From the NCBI GenBank assembly GCA_030141605.1, contig JAQGDQ010000477.1:62001-126000 (forward strand): 64,000 nt of DNA, read 5' to 3'. This document shows positions 27,901 through 45,110 of this stretch, one piece after another. The DNA comes from Tubiluchus corallicola (lineage: Eukaryota; Animalia; Priapulida). Both the position numbers and the translations under genes were made by a program. Position 1 is the stretch's first letter; each line of letters opens with the position of its first letter. Below the pieces are notes generated by a model. The model worked only from the letters and a program-made list of their open reading frames with translations, was not told the origin of the DNA and did not search any database.

Positions 27901-28175
27901 TTTTCTGGGAATTCATCTGCAACATTCAGTTTCAGTTTCAGATTCAGATTCAGTTTGGAATTGGAATAGCAAAGATTACAGGAATCTTCCTAGCAGACAA
28001 AAGTTTTCTGGGAATTCATCTGCAACATTCAGTTTCAGTTTCAGATTCAGATTCAGTTTGGAATTGGAATAGCATAGATTACAGGAATCTTCCTAGCAAA
28101 CTGAAAAGTTTTATGGGTATTCATCAACGACATTCTGTTTCAGTTTCAGATTCAGATTCAGATCAGAATTGGAAT
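27898..28175. repeat. ~103-bp tandem repeat, ~2.7 copies
   Basis: aagttttctgggaattcatctgcaacattcagtttcag at 27898, 28001 and ~28107. Confidence 0.9.
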
Positions 28176-28750
28176 GGATTCAGTGATGAATCACCCATAA
28201 TGTCTGATTCAAGTTCAAATTGAAATTGAGTACCTCACACTCATTTGATTTCAAGTTAACCTGCTGGTCTGGTGAATAACTGAAGCAAAACAGCACATTA
28301 TTAATTACGCAAACTGTACATTAATAGTTTTGCAAATGAAATAGTAAGCTTGATAGCAACAGGGGGCGTACCAAACGTTTGTGTGGTCACCATAAGCAAT
28401 ACGATCGACAAGCTAGAATGATTACATAAAAGTTGCCATTTGTTTATGCTCTTCTAATCTTCATGCAGAAGACAATTGGAAAATTAACAGCTGATTTAAT
28501 AAAGAGTTGATAATAACTTAAACTACATTATTTTATGACTTATCAGCCAGCAAATGTTCTGTCAACAGCTAAAAAACACCCCACAATGTTTAAAGGAATA
28601 ACTTTGTAAAATTTCAAAAGCTGATCTAAGCTTTCACCATCAGATCTATAACGTATGTTGTATGTTTCACATACAATTTTACAATATCTCCACGTAGACT
28701 GCAGCTATGAACATACTTTTTTGTATCTCAGCAAAGCATGACACGGTGCA

Positions 28751-29094
28751 TAGCGAGGCCCGGGGAAGTGGGGCGTATGAGGCCCCATGGGGGGGGGGGG
28801 GGCCAAGCGCCGGTGGGCGGATGGTACCATGGTTGGCGCCGGAGAAGCATTTTCGAAGAGAAAATATGAAGTTATACAGTTGTTAAAGGAAAGAACAATT
28901 GAAAGAAAAACTGCTTTATTCTCATGACCAGTCCTTAATACTTGTCAATACCGGCAAGAGAGAGAGAGAGAGAGAGAGAGGAGGCAGTATGTTCGCATAA
29001 AGCAAAAAAAATGTTACCTTGGCGCGAGGCCCCCCTGGAGGGTGAGGCCCCAGGGAAGTATCCAAACTTCCTCCCCCCCTTGAAATAGGCCCTG
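28751..29094. mobile_element. Decayed hAT-like MITE (GC-rich gaggcccc subterminal motifs)
   Basis: Right end ...ggccctg (CAGGGCC-type TIR). Flanks ggtgcata / ggtgcaat resemble a TSD. The left TIR is not intact. Confidence 0.5.
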
Positions 29095-29377
29095 GGTGCA
29101 ATGTTTCAGCTGCAGCAGCATTTGTGACTCGCTAACAACATTGTCTGCGACTCAACAAGCGTATTTTTGGTCAGATCTGAGAAGTGACAAACAGGTCTCT
29201 GATGACATCTGAGAAGTGTGATCAGGTCTTTGATGAAAGCTGAGAAATGTGAACTAGTCCCTAATGATGCTCGAGATCTGTGAGCAGGTTTCTGATGCGT
29301 TTGAGAAGTGAAAACAGGTCTCTGACAACGTCTCAGAAATATAAGCAGAAGTGTCATACACACTTCTCTGTTACACA

Positions 29378-30000
29378 CACAACATACATGCTCAAGCACT
29401 CATGCACGTGCACACTCACAACATACATGCCCAATCACTCATGCACGTGCACACTCACAACATACATGCCTAAGCACTCATGCACGTGCACACTCACAAC
29501 ATACATGCCCAAGCACTCATGCATGCGCACACTCACAACATACATGCCCAAGCACTCATGCACGCACACACTCACAACATATATACCCAAGCACTCATGC
29601 ACGCACACACTCACAACATACATGCCTAAGCACTCATGCACGTGCACACTCACAACATACATGCCCAAGCACTCATGCATGCGCACACTCACAACATACA
29701 TGCCCAAGCACTCATGCACGCACACACTCACAACATATATACCCAAGCACTCATGCACGCACACACTCACAACATACATGCCTAAGCACTCATGCACGTG
29801 CACACTCACAACATACATGCCTAAGCACTCATGCACGCGCACTCACAACATACATACCCAAGCACTCATGCACGCACACACACACACAACATACATACCC
29901 AAGCACTCATGCACGCACACACTCACAACATACATGCCCAAGCACTCATGCACGCGCACTCACAACATACATGCCCAAGCACTCATGCACGCACACACTC
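29378..30000. repeat. 39-bp minisatellite, ~16 copies
   Basis: Unit acaacatacatgcccaagcactcatgcacgtgcacactc. Confidence 0.95.
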
Positions 30001-30107
30001 AAAACAGCTTATTAAAGTTGACTTCACATTAGAATAATTATTATGACTTTTTGTGATGCTCGACAGCTTGGCTGCGAGTTTTCATTCTGTGGCAATAACT
30101 ACACTAT

Positions 30108-30418
<311 letters not shown>

Positions 30419-30759
30419 ATAAACTAATTAATGGAAATTAAAGCATGGAAAAATCCTACATCTGGAAAGATATTAAGACAATCGTAGTTTCTTGACACAC
30501 AGAAAATACGAATAGCTTTTTCTTATGCTTTGTTATCATTATAAAATGTACAGTACAAGTAAAAGTGCGCATGAGCAGCAGGGACAACGATGACGACAAA
30601 CGACGGTGCGAAGTTCGAACGAACGAATTTCTTTCCCTTTCCTGTTTTAAGTATGAGGGTAGATTTTCAGTTCCTTTACGCATGCGTTAAATTTACTTGT
30701 TATACCCAACACCACACACCAACCCCACCCCACCAACCCCAAACACCCCCCTTTGGACT

Positions 30760-30969
30760 ACACCAGGGAGGAAGAGGGGGTTCCTGTTGTCTGGGAACTC
30801 AGGATCTCCATACACCTTGCCCAGGCGTGCGCCCTGGAGACGTTCAAGGATCACACTGCTCAGCCACAGTCGACGCTGCAGCTCCATCAATGTGATCAAT
30901 AACTGAATCTCTTGGCGTACACTCCATTGTCTTCCGAGAAAGAAGGATGCCAACCAACCAACCAACCAA
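30760..30969 (+). mobile_element. SINE/LINE-like 3' fragment with (CCAA)n tail
   Basis: GC-richer island ending in ccattgtcttccgagaaagaaggatg-(ccaa)5. Family not identified. Confidence 0.5.
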
Positions 30970-33019
30970 TATGGGAGGTATATTACATTATCAACTGCAG
31001 CAGTGTTGAAAGTGTAAAAACGTGGTTTTTACAACTGCAAAAATTTTATAACGTATAATATTTGTTAATTATAAGATGTAACTCGATGTGACCAATCATG
31101 TGTAATGCTCGTATGGTTGTTCGATCTGTTAGAGTAATTTAGCCTGTTAGACTAAGTACTGTATTAGTCTGTTCAAACTGCAAGTAGTGTGAACAGTCGC
31201 TTTACACAAACCCATCCCTCGTACAGCAAAGTGTGAACCACCCACCTGCGACTTAGAATAACTTGTACGGCACAAGTTGCATTGCTAATCCTATATTGTC
31301 AGTCAGGACAAGTAAAAATCGACGAACACGGGCTAAATTTTAATCGCATAATGAGGGGAAATTATAACCATTTTGCCCGGCAGTTTCTTAGCTAACATCT
31401 GCTTACTACAAGGGGTAACGACTCGATGCGTCTCAAGGTCAGAGAGAGCTCACTTATCTGTTCATAAACTGCCCGGCACGCGCGGTCAATAATCGAATAA
31501 ATCAATTTTCGACAGAAGGTCAATTAACACATTGAAGCATCTTGAGGATTGCAAGAACCAGAATTTATCAGATAAGATGGAATGTGGACATCATACAGAC
31601 TCTACTTCACGATTTTTTAGACAAAAACCGGACGATTGTGTCAACATTAGTTCAAAATAAAGTATGCTCTAAAATGTTGAAAACTACAATAGTTTTTTTA
31701 AACCAAAGCTTAGATTAAATAATAATTTCCTCGGATAGTTAAATTAAATCCACTAAGATTGGCGATAGCACCTTTTTGTCACATTCGTATGGCCGACAAA
31801 TAGGCGCGGTACCGTGATAAGCATGATCATAAACTGCAGTGTTTGTCTGTGACGTCAGTGTGACGTAGTTTCATTTTCGTGACATCATATCAGCGTCTTA
31901 TAACGATCTTCGCTTACGTAAACGTGCTTGAAGCGCTTGGAAGATCATTTAAAGATCCGTAGGTGGTTATTAAAGTCGAAATTTATACAGAAATGAGAGA
32001 AGTATGTAAGAATTACTCCTACAGGAAATGGATAATATTCGATTCCTTCTTTGAGCACTGAGTAGCGCGGTACAACCGACATTTTTCGTATTGAAACTTT
32101 GAACGAAAGACACGCTACTTGGAACGTTGAGATGCATCTGAGCGAGTATAAATCAAAATTGAACCTCAACATAAAATTTTGAAAGATGCGTGTTAAAGAA
32201 CGAAACGCGAGGCACGGCATATAAAACGCAATAATATTAATAAAGCAAGCATGTGTGAACCAGGCTTTAACTTTGTGATAACCAGCTGCGCTAGACTTAG
32301 TGTAACAGTATTACCATTTCAAGCATTTTAAGGCAGATGTTTTCCTTTTGAGTAATAAAAAAGTCCCAGCAAACAAGGGATCGATTCTTTTTTATTATGA
32401 AATATAACACCTTCGGGCCATTCAAAAATGATTTTCAGATGTGGCGGTTAGCCGTCGATCTTTGGCCCAGCCATCGTCAATGTTTGGGTTATAGATTTTC
32501 CAGAGCAAAATCAACAGGCGGTGCAGTTGAAGTAAAATAATATGAAAAACTTCAATGAGCCGAAAAAGCAGATCTGTAATTGAGCGCAGCGTCATTTCGG
32601 TGGAGAGACGGCAGCTTTTAAGTTCACTGCACAGATCAATTCCGATAGTTTATCCAAGAAAGTTTATGAAGCAATTAAGCTGAGATTGCACACCCGAAGT
32701 GAAGTTTTTGAACAAGATTTCGGCAACGGCAGGAAGCTGATATGCCCGTACGCAAAACAGTTTCGTATTCGATTCCCCGTTCAAAATGTTGTTTTAATAG
32801 CAAAAAAACTTTGAATTGAAATACTAGCAAAAGCCATTTTGCCAAGGGTTAATCGCGCGCATTACATTTCTTGCAATGCGCAAAGCTGTAAATTGCGCGC
32901 GACAGAGAACGTCACAATGGCGGGTAAACAATTTCCAATGATAGAAAAAAATTAAAGATAACATATTCTAATTACTTTTTGCAACAAAAAGTTACAAGCT
33001 TTGACGTCTAAAAAAATCG

Positions 33020-33468
33020 TTAAAGCACAATACAACCTTCTTCCTAAATAAAGCTTAAAAATTCTTCGTCTTAAAATTTTACATCACTTAAATGATGTTT
33101 TATTGCATATACAGCTTGCTTTAGCAGTAACCCTTTATAAAACTAGTAAATTTAGGCGAACCCATTTTGAAGATAAATCATTTGCAATAAGTTTAGATAA
33201 CATTGCATGAAGTTTGAAAAATAATCAGAATATTCGTAGCACATTCTTTACTAACTTGGCAAAAGTATAAATTACTGTATCTTGTCGAAAAAATCTATAA
33301 GGTTTTTTGGTGAGCCAGCAGTGGACACTGGGAAGGTAGTCAGTGGCGCTTTACCAGATGATGCGACCACTTTAAATCACTAGGAACTTTTTTCTAATCG
33401 CATAAGTCCTTCAAACAGGTAAGCGTAAAACAATGTTTGTGTGGAACGTTTCTTGAGATGTCCTTTAA
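33020..33468 (-). mobile_element. Family A TTAA-flanked transposon, complete copy
   Basis: ttaa-AGCACAA...ATGTCCT-ttaa; internal homology with 3951-4407 and 38336-38846. Confidence 0.8.
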
Positions 33469-33482
33469 AATAGTCTTTTCTT

Positions 33483-34245
<763 letters not shown>

Positions 34246-35237
34246 TTATTATTATTATTATAATTCTTTATTTAAAATTTTATTCTTTGCAGGGTATGGT
34301 TAAAAAAACTTTGTAAATAAAATAGCTGTTATATTCGCAAGACTTTTAAATACCAATAAATCAATATACCAATAAAAGAACAACTAAAATCAAATAGTAC
34401 CAATTTACACAAATTTACACAAAACGACCTGTATAATATAAAGGTGACAGATATAATATAAAAGTTCAATAATTTATACTAAAGTTTGTAAAAACGTATC
34501 ACAAACTAACTCAGTGAAAGCAACTAGCAGGTTTTTGTCTCGAGAGGTATAAATTTTACTAATGTGGTGAGATTGTAGGCTATTTGCAAGCGCTAATCTT
34601 TTATTTTCGTCGACCAAAGTACAATTAAAAAGCAAATGTTCAACTGTTTGTGCTTCCTCTGAGCATATACAGCTGAACTAAAAAATGAACAGTAATCGAT
34701 TTACTTATCGCCAATAAATCACCTTTTTCTCATGTAACAATGTCCAAGTTATCTGAGTTTCTGATTCTTGTGTAGGAATGCCAGTAGTAAGTCTCTGCCC
34801 TCTTGCTCCCATGGTTTGCACCTATGACGGCTACGGTAATTGCCGGTCGTTAAAGGGGCAATCAGCAGTGGATTACTTCAAAGATTTTTCCGATTGTCAG
34901 CATAACAAGTGGCCAGTTCGTCAAAATAGTGGACTAGACAATCAAATCTTTGTGAGGGCTTAACACCACGTGCTCGCATTTCAACAAGATAGGTATTTCA
35001 AATAGGACAATTTCTTGAACATGTTAAAAAAGCAATTTTAAGCTCATTTTTAGTGTTTAGTAACAGTTAGTGAAAGAAAAATTGCTGTCGTTTCAGTAGT
35101 TGAAATGATGCACTTTTGTTTAGTTTAAACTATATGGAATTTAAAGTGGAATTGCAATACAGACTAGAGGTATCTCCACGGAGAAGATTTAGATTTATTC
35201 ATTCATTCATTCAGCACAATACAGGAAAATGCAAGTT

Positions 35238-36841
<1,604 letters not shown>

Positions 36842-37645
36842 GCTCTATATAAGAAAAATTGTTGTTATATAACATATAACATATTATATAGTATATTATA
36901 TATAACATGTTATATATATATATATACATATATGAAGTATTGAAACAGAAAACCGCAAATTTTGATCGAATTGCAGAAACCAGTTTTTTATTCCTTATTG
37001 CTAACAGAACTCATCTGGTAATTTAATCACAAAAAATTTACCCAATGCGCTTAAAGTAAGGTAAAATATTACAGGTACATGGAGTTTTAAATACGTACAT
37101 ATAATGATGTCTACATGAAATGACAGTCATATTTTCAACTTTGCTTTTTATCCTATAAAGATCTAGCGAGAAATACGTATTCCTGAAAATTCTCTATAAT
37201 TTGCAAAAAAGTGGAATGCTGCCACACAAGACGATAGCTTTACAAACGATAATAATTCGACACTTGCTAAGAAAACTAGCGAGATTCTTGGCAATAATGG
37301 GGCTGACGGGGAGATACATTTAAGCTCACGTAGCCCTCACACGCTGCAGAGAGAAAAGGTTAAGTTTTACAGAACAGACACAAGGACGAAAGTTTGAAGC
37401 AAACGTGACAAGCCCACCTGTTAAGCAAAGATAGTCGAAACTTTTACAGTTCTCTGTGGTGGCAGCAGGGGGCACTATCTAAATAGATACAGGTTTAGAT
37501 ATCTATACCACACAAGTGCTATTCTTTATTTCTTAAGCTATGTTGTATAGTTAGCAGCAAACGGTTTATCTGCAAATGTTCTACACCATTTCAAAGCTGA
37601 TCGAGGACACAACGAAAACTTGTCAGCGTGCATAAAATTGTAAAA

Positions 37646-38266
37646 TTGAGCAAAACCGGACCCAATCTTAAACTGCAAGTCAAAACAATCTACTCTTTAA
37701 AACATTGAAAGGAAACATACGATATTTTTCAAAAATGACTTACGTGAAAGAATTATTACCGCACAAACACAATTTCGCGTTCGCGTCATTAGTTCTTCGC
37801 TGTTACATGCATTTCGTCATTCGCTAGTTAGACGGGCACTAGCACGTGCATTTCGCAAACGCATTACCCAAAAGCAGGTGCTGTACCTTTCAGTTCAGAT
37901 GCGTTAGTTTATGACGAACTACACACGTTCGACAGCTCATGCGTGAGCACAGCCGTAAATTTGGAATTTGAATTTTTATCTTAAAACTGCCTAGTTTTAG
38001 TACAACACACTGAATATCTTACAGTAGCACTGTAATTCAATTTTCGCTTTTGTAAGCACGTTCAACACGCTCGTGGAATGTTTTTGATGTTGAAAATTAT
38101 GTTAGTTTGTGATGTCATCATTACTTGGGCTCGCCTGCCGTTAATTAAATATCTAATCTATTATCTAATCATCAGAAACGCTTTTGCAGTAATAATTGTG
38201 TTAAAATGTGTACTTTTTACGGGACTTAAAAATGGGGTAGTATATGAAAAATCATCCTTCTTTTAA
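37646..38266 (+). mobile_element. Family B TTAA-flanked non-autonomous transposon (Kolobok-like), copy
   Basis: agcaaaaccggacccaatcttaaactg...gaaaaatcatccttctt-ttaa; high similarity to 45111-45722 and rc of 50492-51119. Confidence 0.85.
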
Positions 38267-38335
38267 CATTAGATACCACACATATATGATGTTTATTCAC
38301 AATAAGACATATTTAAAGGAGCAGACAACAGAATG

Positions 38336-38846
38336 TTAAAGTATATCCCAAAAAGCTTTCCAAACTAAGTTATATTACTTAGCATAAAGCTCATCTGCTT
38401 GAAAGACTTATGTAATTGGAAAAGAAAATTCCTAGTGACTTAAGTTGTTCGCGCCAACTGCTCAAATGTCAATGTTTTCACCAATTGGGTAAAATCTCGC
38501 TGACTCAAACTCCAGGGTGCACTGCTCACTAACCAAAAACGTATTTTTAATCTCGTTGACAAGATACAGTAATTTAAAATTTTACCCAGTTACTGACGTG
38601 TGCGCTACGAATGCTTTAATTATTTTTTCAAATTTTACAGAATGTTATCTAAACTTGTTTCAAATGACTTATCGTCAAAATGGCTGCGTCTAACGATCAT
38701 CGCGGCAATTTAAATTTACACGTTTTTTGTACAGCGTTACTGCCGACGCAAGTCTAATATGCAAAAAAGCAGTACGTAGGTGGTATAAAAATTCAAGACG
38801 AATTTTTTCAAGCATCGTGTAAGTGGAGGGTTTTCTTGTACTTTAA
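38336..38846 (+). mobile_element. Family A TTAA-flanked transposon, complete copy, followed by an extra 3'-end fragment to ~38979
   Basis: ttaa-agtatatccc...cttgtact-ttaa; homology to 3951-4407 and 54767-55227 (rc). Confidence 0.8.
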
Positions 38847-39089
38847 ATTTTCAAGTTTCATGCTGCGTTGCTACTGATACAAGCTCTGTATGCAAAAAGG
38901 CAGCACGTAAGTGACACAAAATTTCAAGGCGAATTTTTTGTCTCTTTATGTAAGAAAAGAAAATTAAATGTCCTTCAAATTCAATTGAAATTTTTCTTTT
39001 ACCACTTACTAGATGTTATGACTTTCCTGAGCTTAATTAAAGTTCTTGCATGCTGGCGTAGTAAGAAGAAGAGATTTATTAAGCCAAAC

Positions 39090-39866
39090 TATAGGTTTTA
39101 CACGTCAAATGTAGACACAGGAAAGTTCAAATTAGACTTAGGTAAGTCAAATGTAGACATGGGAATTTCCAATGAGTTTTGGTTACTCAAATGTGACTTT
39201 AGGTAAGTCAAATGTAGACATAGGAATTTCCAATGAGTTTTGGTAACTCAAATGTGACTTTAGGTAAGTCAAATGTAGATGCATTACTTTGAATAAATAG
39301 GTAATTAACTCATTTAAGTGCAAATTACAAAAAGATAAACCAAAGATAGTCATCACCTCTTTCATAACTTTGAAAAATGTGTTGTTTATTCCTTCCCAAT
39401 GAACAGAGAATCACTAATTAGTTTTTTAAGTAATACATTAGCACTGCATTAATGAATTAGTTTCTCCCAAGAAACATTGCTTATTTTAAGAATGTATTGT
39501 TTTCTCTAACAGTTCCAATGGTATGTAAAGTTTGCAGAATATTAGTGAACTATTAGTAGACCTATAAAGTTATTATTTTCACAGCAATTATTAAATTAAG
39601 ATTAAAGGAGATTAAATTTAACATCCTTAAACTTTACCACCTATTTACATTTGAGATACCAATGTCACATTTGACTTGACATGTGTCTACATTTGACTTA
39701 CAAAAAACGCTTGAGATTTCTTGAAAACCATTGTTAACACATTTGAACTACCTAAGTCTACATTTGAGTTACCAAGACACATGTGAATTACATAAATCTA
39801 CTTTTGAGTTAACGCAGGTCTACATTTGAGTTAAGGCAGGTCTACATTTGACATGTAAAACCTATA
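39090..39866. mobile_element. TA-flanked MITE with repetitive subterminal arms
   Basis: TIRs tataggttttacacgtcaaatgtagac / gtctacatttgacatgtaaaacctata. Multiple tcaaatgt(a/g)gac motifs on the left arm and their reverse complements on the right. Confidence 0.88.
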
Positions 39867-40417
39867 TAATTATCCATGGGAGTGACGTTTACAAGAAATT
39901 CTCATGTTAACAAAAGATCTTTGAGATGAAACAATACTAAGCGAATGTAAGCCTTAAACAACGCAAATTTTGTATAGCTTTGTGTCAACAAAACAAGTAA
40001 TTGGATAATAGGCTAATTTATGGGAGTTGTTTCTATTATAGGATTACCTAAGGACAATAACAACTGGTTCCTGTAACAATGCTTACTATCTTTTGAGCAC
40101 AATCTTTTTCGGGATCGGTCTAATGTCCAGTTTCCCTGTGTTTGCTGAAACGTCAGCTGGATTTTTCTGCAGGAATGTAGCATCCTCGGGACGCGTAGGT
40201 GCTAAACTGGGTGTACAAGCAAGAAAGTCAACAATTTGCGAGTTTTTAGGAGTTTTGAGACCATTTGCAGGTTTGAACAGGTCATAGTTACAGGAAGCGT
40301 CAACAGTTAAATTTAAGAGCAGGAAGAATCTGATAAATTGTGAATCACGCATAATATATACTAATTTTCAGAAGGGGAAACGTACCCCCCCCCCCGACGC
40401 CCGCGATGCTAGTGATG

Positions 40418-40712
40418 GTAGCTGACGCTGCTGATGCTTCTGCTGTTGTTACTGTAGCTTCTGCTACTACTGCTGCTGCTGTTGCTGCTGCTGCTTCTGT
40501 TAGTGTAAGCTTCTGCTACTACTGCTACTACTGTTGCTGCTGCTTCTGCTACTGTTGCTGCTGCTTCTGCTACTACTGCTGCGCTGTTGTTGCTGCTGCT
40601 GCTACTACTTCTGCTGCTGTTGTTGCTGCTGCTGCTACTACTTCTGCTGCTGCTGTTGCTGCTGCTGCTACTTCTGCTGCTGCTTCTGCTGTTGCTGCTG
40701 CTGCTACCACTG
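40418..40712. repeat. Degenerate (GCT/ACT)n tract
   Basis: Direct inspection. Confidence 0.92.
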
Positions 40713-42323
40713 TCATCGCTACCTCATGGGATGCACAAAATGTTTGATCGCTTTCCTTGCAGAAATAGTTTGTAGTACATACTGTATTCGTAATTTTCCC
40801 TGCATCACCGCTTTCTACAACACATTTGTCGTAAGACTAGTTGTTCTTTAATATAAAGATTTTTGATTTGTAGTTAAACACAGTGTAAACGACTCTTGAA
40901 ACATGAACACTTATAGCAATTTTGATTGCTATTTTATTGCTAATCCACAAATATTTTACAAAAAAGAAAGGAATAATTCCTGGGCTTTAGTTCAGACAGC
41001 AATAATTCGACGAAATCCTTAACAAATGAATACCAAACTGTTATTCAATAAGATTCTTAGGCGTTAAAAACTGTAGCAAGTTTGGGCACTTAAAGTCGAG
41101 TTCGACTTTTTCACACTTTCTAATTTAGTGATGCTGTACTTTCCAGCGTTTATATGATTAATTACGACAATATCTTAATGCAGTGTGAACTGTGATTACC
41201 TGTTGATAGACCTTTAGTGACTGATAGGCGGAAATTTCTGCGGCTAACATAGCTGCAGGAAAAGCAGAAGCTCTTGGGTTCGAATCCCTTTGAAATGCAA
41301 ACTCTTTCAAACTTTCTAATTTCGTGTTGCCTTCTTGCGGTCATGTTTATATGTAATATAAGAGAAAGAAGGGATCGGTCAGTTACTTCAAGCAGCTGGT
41401 TCAGGGTCAAAGGTCAGTTCATTGGAATATGGGTCCTATGTGGCCCAGAATCAAGTTCCGCATACGAACTTTAGTGTTCCAACAATTGGGATAATGCCAA
41501 ACCACATGAAATATTACTCGTGTTCTTGAGGAGTTTTGTAATTTCTGCAGCTGCAAAACTTTATAACCTACTGTTACGTCTCCTATTCACTTTTAACATA
41601 CCAAAACAGAAAAGGACAAGACCTCTTTAACAAACAGCCACTTCCAATGGCTGGATGTCTTAATAGCAGCCGGTACTGATTATGTTCTAACCATTATGAG
41701 ACCTGTCATCAAAAATGTAATTTAAGCCCTTCGTCTAGAGTCCACTGGCTCATTCAGTAACATCTGCCGTCTAGAAGGGGGCATCAACGATTCAAGGACA
41801 GTCTGTTGCCTTTAGAAAACCCCCAGACACACTTTTGTCGAACAGCTATAACCAACACTTCTCAAACGCAATGCCCCTTTGCCTTTTAAATTTTAATGTA
41901 AAGCCTAAACACATCTGCCAGTGTTGAATACAGAAATTTCTGGCTCTATTCTTGTACATCTGTCACTCTAACGCACGGGCGAGTCTAAGAAAAAGCATAA
42001 ACTACTTCAACGAACTATCAAACAAGTTTGACCTGTGTGTGTATGTATTCTATACGCCTCGGGTAAGGCGCGTTCACAATCTGCAGCGAAATTGCCAGAA
42101 AATCGGATATCCGGTTAATACATTGATTTCATTTCTGTGTTTTATTTCTTGCATATTTGCACATATATTTGCAGTGCAACACAATTATAGTTGTATGTAT
42201 TTATATAAAAACCACACATGCTGTATATTACCAGTAAAGACTTGTGCATTATGTTGCTAAGGGTTCGTGTTTGTTTAGTAGACGCAATTTTCCACAAGCC
42301 GGTCATGGCAAAGGATTGTTTTC

Positions 42324-42713
42324 TTACGTTACATTACCGTACCTTACCTTACCTTACCTTACCTTACCTTACCTTACCTTACCTTACCTTACCTTACTTA
42401 CCTTGCCTTGCCTTACCTTACCTTACCTTACCTTACCTTACCTTACCTTCACCTCACCTCACCTCACCTCACCTTACCTTACCTTACCCTACCCTACCTT
42501 ACCTTACCTTACCTTACATTACCTTACCTTACCTTGCCTTGTCTTGCTTTACCTTACCTTACCTTACCTTACCTTACCTTACCTTACCTTACCTTACCTT
42601 ACCTTACCTTACCTTACATTACCTTACCTTACCTTACCTTACCTTACCTTACCTTACCTTACCTTACCTTAACTTACCTTACCTTACCTTACCTTACCTT
42701 ACATTACCTTACT
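42324..42713. repeat. (CCTTA)n microsatellite
   Basis: Direct inspection. Confidence 0.96.
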
Positions 42714-43589
42714 TTGTCATGTGGTAATTTCTTCGTAGTTTGCCTTCGTTGCAATAAAATAAAATTTAATGTACCCAAAACGTAAGAACTTTTACAGCCA
42801 AGTCAATGGATTGCACGGTCACCTATCCAGTCACTGCATCTGTCACCAGCATATCCGGCAACAGCATTTTACATTCTTATACTGCGTCACCGTTGCCGGC
42901 GAGCCTATGGAGGGTGCGCCATAGTGGTGATATCTGCGGAGAATTAAATGTACCCCTCTTTGCGTCCTAATGGCTCTGCGAATTGCTTCTTCGCAACACG
43001 TTACACAAAACTGGTCTCTCTTCCTGTCTCGAATAGTATACAGGTGATAATTTGTTGTGTGTTATTATCAGCATTGTGTACTGCCGGTAGTTATCCCTCA
43101 CCGATTGCTGTAACTTTTTACTCCCTAGGGCGCAAATTCTAGACAGCAGAATGGCTTAAAATCAAACTCTTAAAGACGCTGATGCGTGTTTGGACGCGCG
43201 GCACGGGTCACCTGGATACTAGAAAAATTGCACATCATCTCCACGGGACGCCCAAAGTTGTACTGTTCAACTACACATCAACTTCAAGGTCAACTAAGAA
43301 AAAAAATTCATTCTAAGTTGCAGCTGCAATTGATTTTTTTCACGTAGTTTTTAGGCCGTAAAAATTTTAGGCGATATACAAACGTACGAGTATCTATAAT
43401 TGTACTTTAGTAAATGTGGCTCGGGCATTCGAGCAAACTCTAGCGGAAACAAGCTTAAAGCATGTTTAGACAAGAAATAAATCTTGTACTTGGGCATGTT
43501 CAAACAGGAACTAAAAATACAAAACAGCATTAGTGTCACCTAGCAATGCTTTAATCGTTTTGCCTGCCCCCCCCTTTTGTGACTTGAGA

Positions 43590-44425
43590 ACTTATCTTAC
43601 CTTATCATATCAGACCTTACCTTAACTTACCTTATCTTACCTTTCTTTACGTCACATTACCTACCTTGTCTTGCCTTACCTTACCTTAGGTTATGTTACC
43701 TTACCTTACGTTACCTTACCTTACCTTACCTTACCTTACCTTACCTTACCTTACCTTGCCTTGCCTTGCCTTACCTTTCTTTACGCCACATTACCTACCT
43801 TCCCTTACCTTACCTTACCTTACCTTACCTTACCTTACCTTACCTTACCTTACCTTACCTTACCTCACCTTACCTTACCTTACCTTACCTTACCTTACCT
43901 TACCTTGCCTTGCCTTACCTTTCTTTACTACTTACCTACCTTCCTTACCTTACCTTATCTTATCTTACCTTACCTTACCTTACCTTACCTTACCTTACCT
44001 TACCTTACCTTACCTTACCTTACCTTACCTTACCTTACCTTACCTTGCCTTGCCTTACCTTCTTACTTACCTCTTACCTTACCTTACTTACCTTACCTTA
44101 CCCCCCTTACCTTACCTTACCTTACCTTGCCTTGCCTTACCTCAACTACCTTCCCTTACCTTACCTTACCTTACCTTACCTTACCTTACCTTACCTTATC
44201 TTACCTCACCTTACCTCACCTTACCTTACCTTACCTTACCTTACCTTACCTTACCTTACCTTACCTTACCTTGCCTTGCCTTACCTTTCTTTACGTCACA
44301 TTACCTACCTTGCCTTACCTTACCTTATCTTATCTTATCTTACCTTACCTTACCTTGCCTTGCCTTACCTTTCTTTACGTCACATTACCTACCTTCCTTT
44401 ACCTTACCTTACCTTACCTTACCTT
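43590..44425. repeat. (CCTTA)n microsatellite with recurring interruption ctttctttacgtcacattacctacc
   Basis: Direct inspection; the interruption recurs at ~43641, 43775, 44285 and 44369. Confidence 0.96.
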
Positions 44426-45110
44426 GTGTGTTTTGGTAATGTGTTTATTATGGATCACGAGTTAAACGTTAAGAATCTTAAGACTTGAAACAAATGGCAG
44501 CACGCAAAAAAGATATGAAAGGCATGAAGGCAACGCTGAAAAGGGAGGGTAAAAATATATTGTGAAAAAGACAATAGCGCATAGATAACGCAAAGGCAAA
44601 GGTAACAACAAAAACCCGAGAGAAATGAAAACGATAATGACAAACGGCAAAGCTGATGGTCAAAAAAGAACAAGAAACAGGTTTATTAAAAGAAAAAATA
44701 GAAAATGGCATAAGTAACTTAAAGATAAGATTTGCGATAAGATAAGATATTAAAGATAAGATATACGATTTGATTGACGTTTATTAAACCCATTAAAGAA
44801 AGAAAAAAGAAAGTGAGAGAAAGAAAGATGCATAAATAAATGAAGATAATAATTAATACTAGTGAGAATGCGTGCCTTTGTCAAACCTAAGCAAAGTTAT
44901 ATATTATACTGAGCCCTTTCTTTGCCAGTTAAACAGTATTGTTCTCATAGCTTAGCCATGCTAATATTGATTTTAGAAGGTATTTAATAGTTACCACTTT
45001 CTACAGTTTGCACGAGTCACTGCTAATCTGAATGCGCGTATTTCTTCTTGTCTTCCTGGAGCAAACATATACAATGGTTTATTTACTGCAGCGGATTTTG
45101 AGTAAAAAGG

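Noticed and set aside
42815-42835. 5S C-box-like ctggataggtgaccg on the minus strand near a (CCTTA)n array
   Set aside because: The match is only ~15 nt, with no A-box or other 5S similarity.
42324-44425. (CCTTA)n as interstitial telomeric repeat
   Set aside because: The reverse complement is TAAGG, not TTAGG or TTAGGG.
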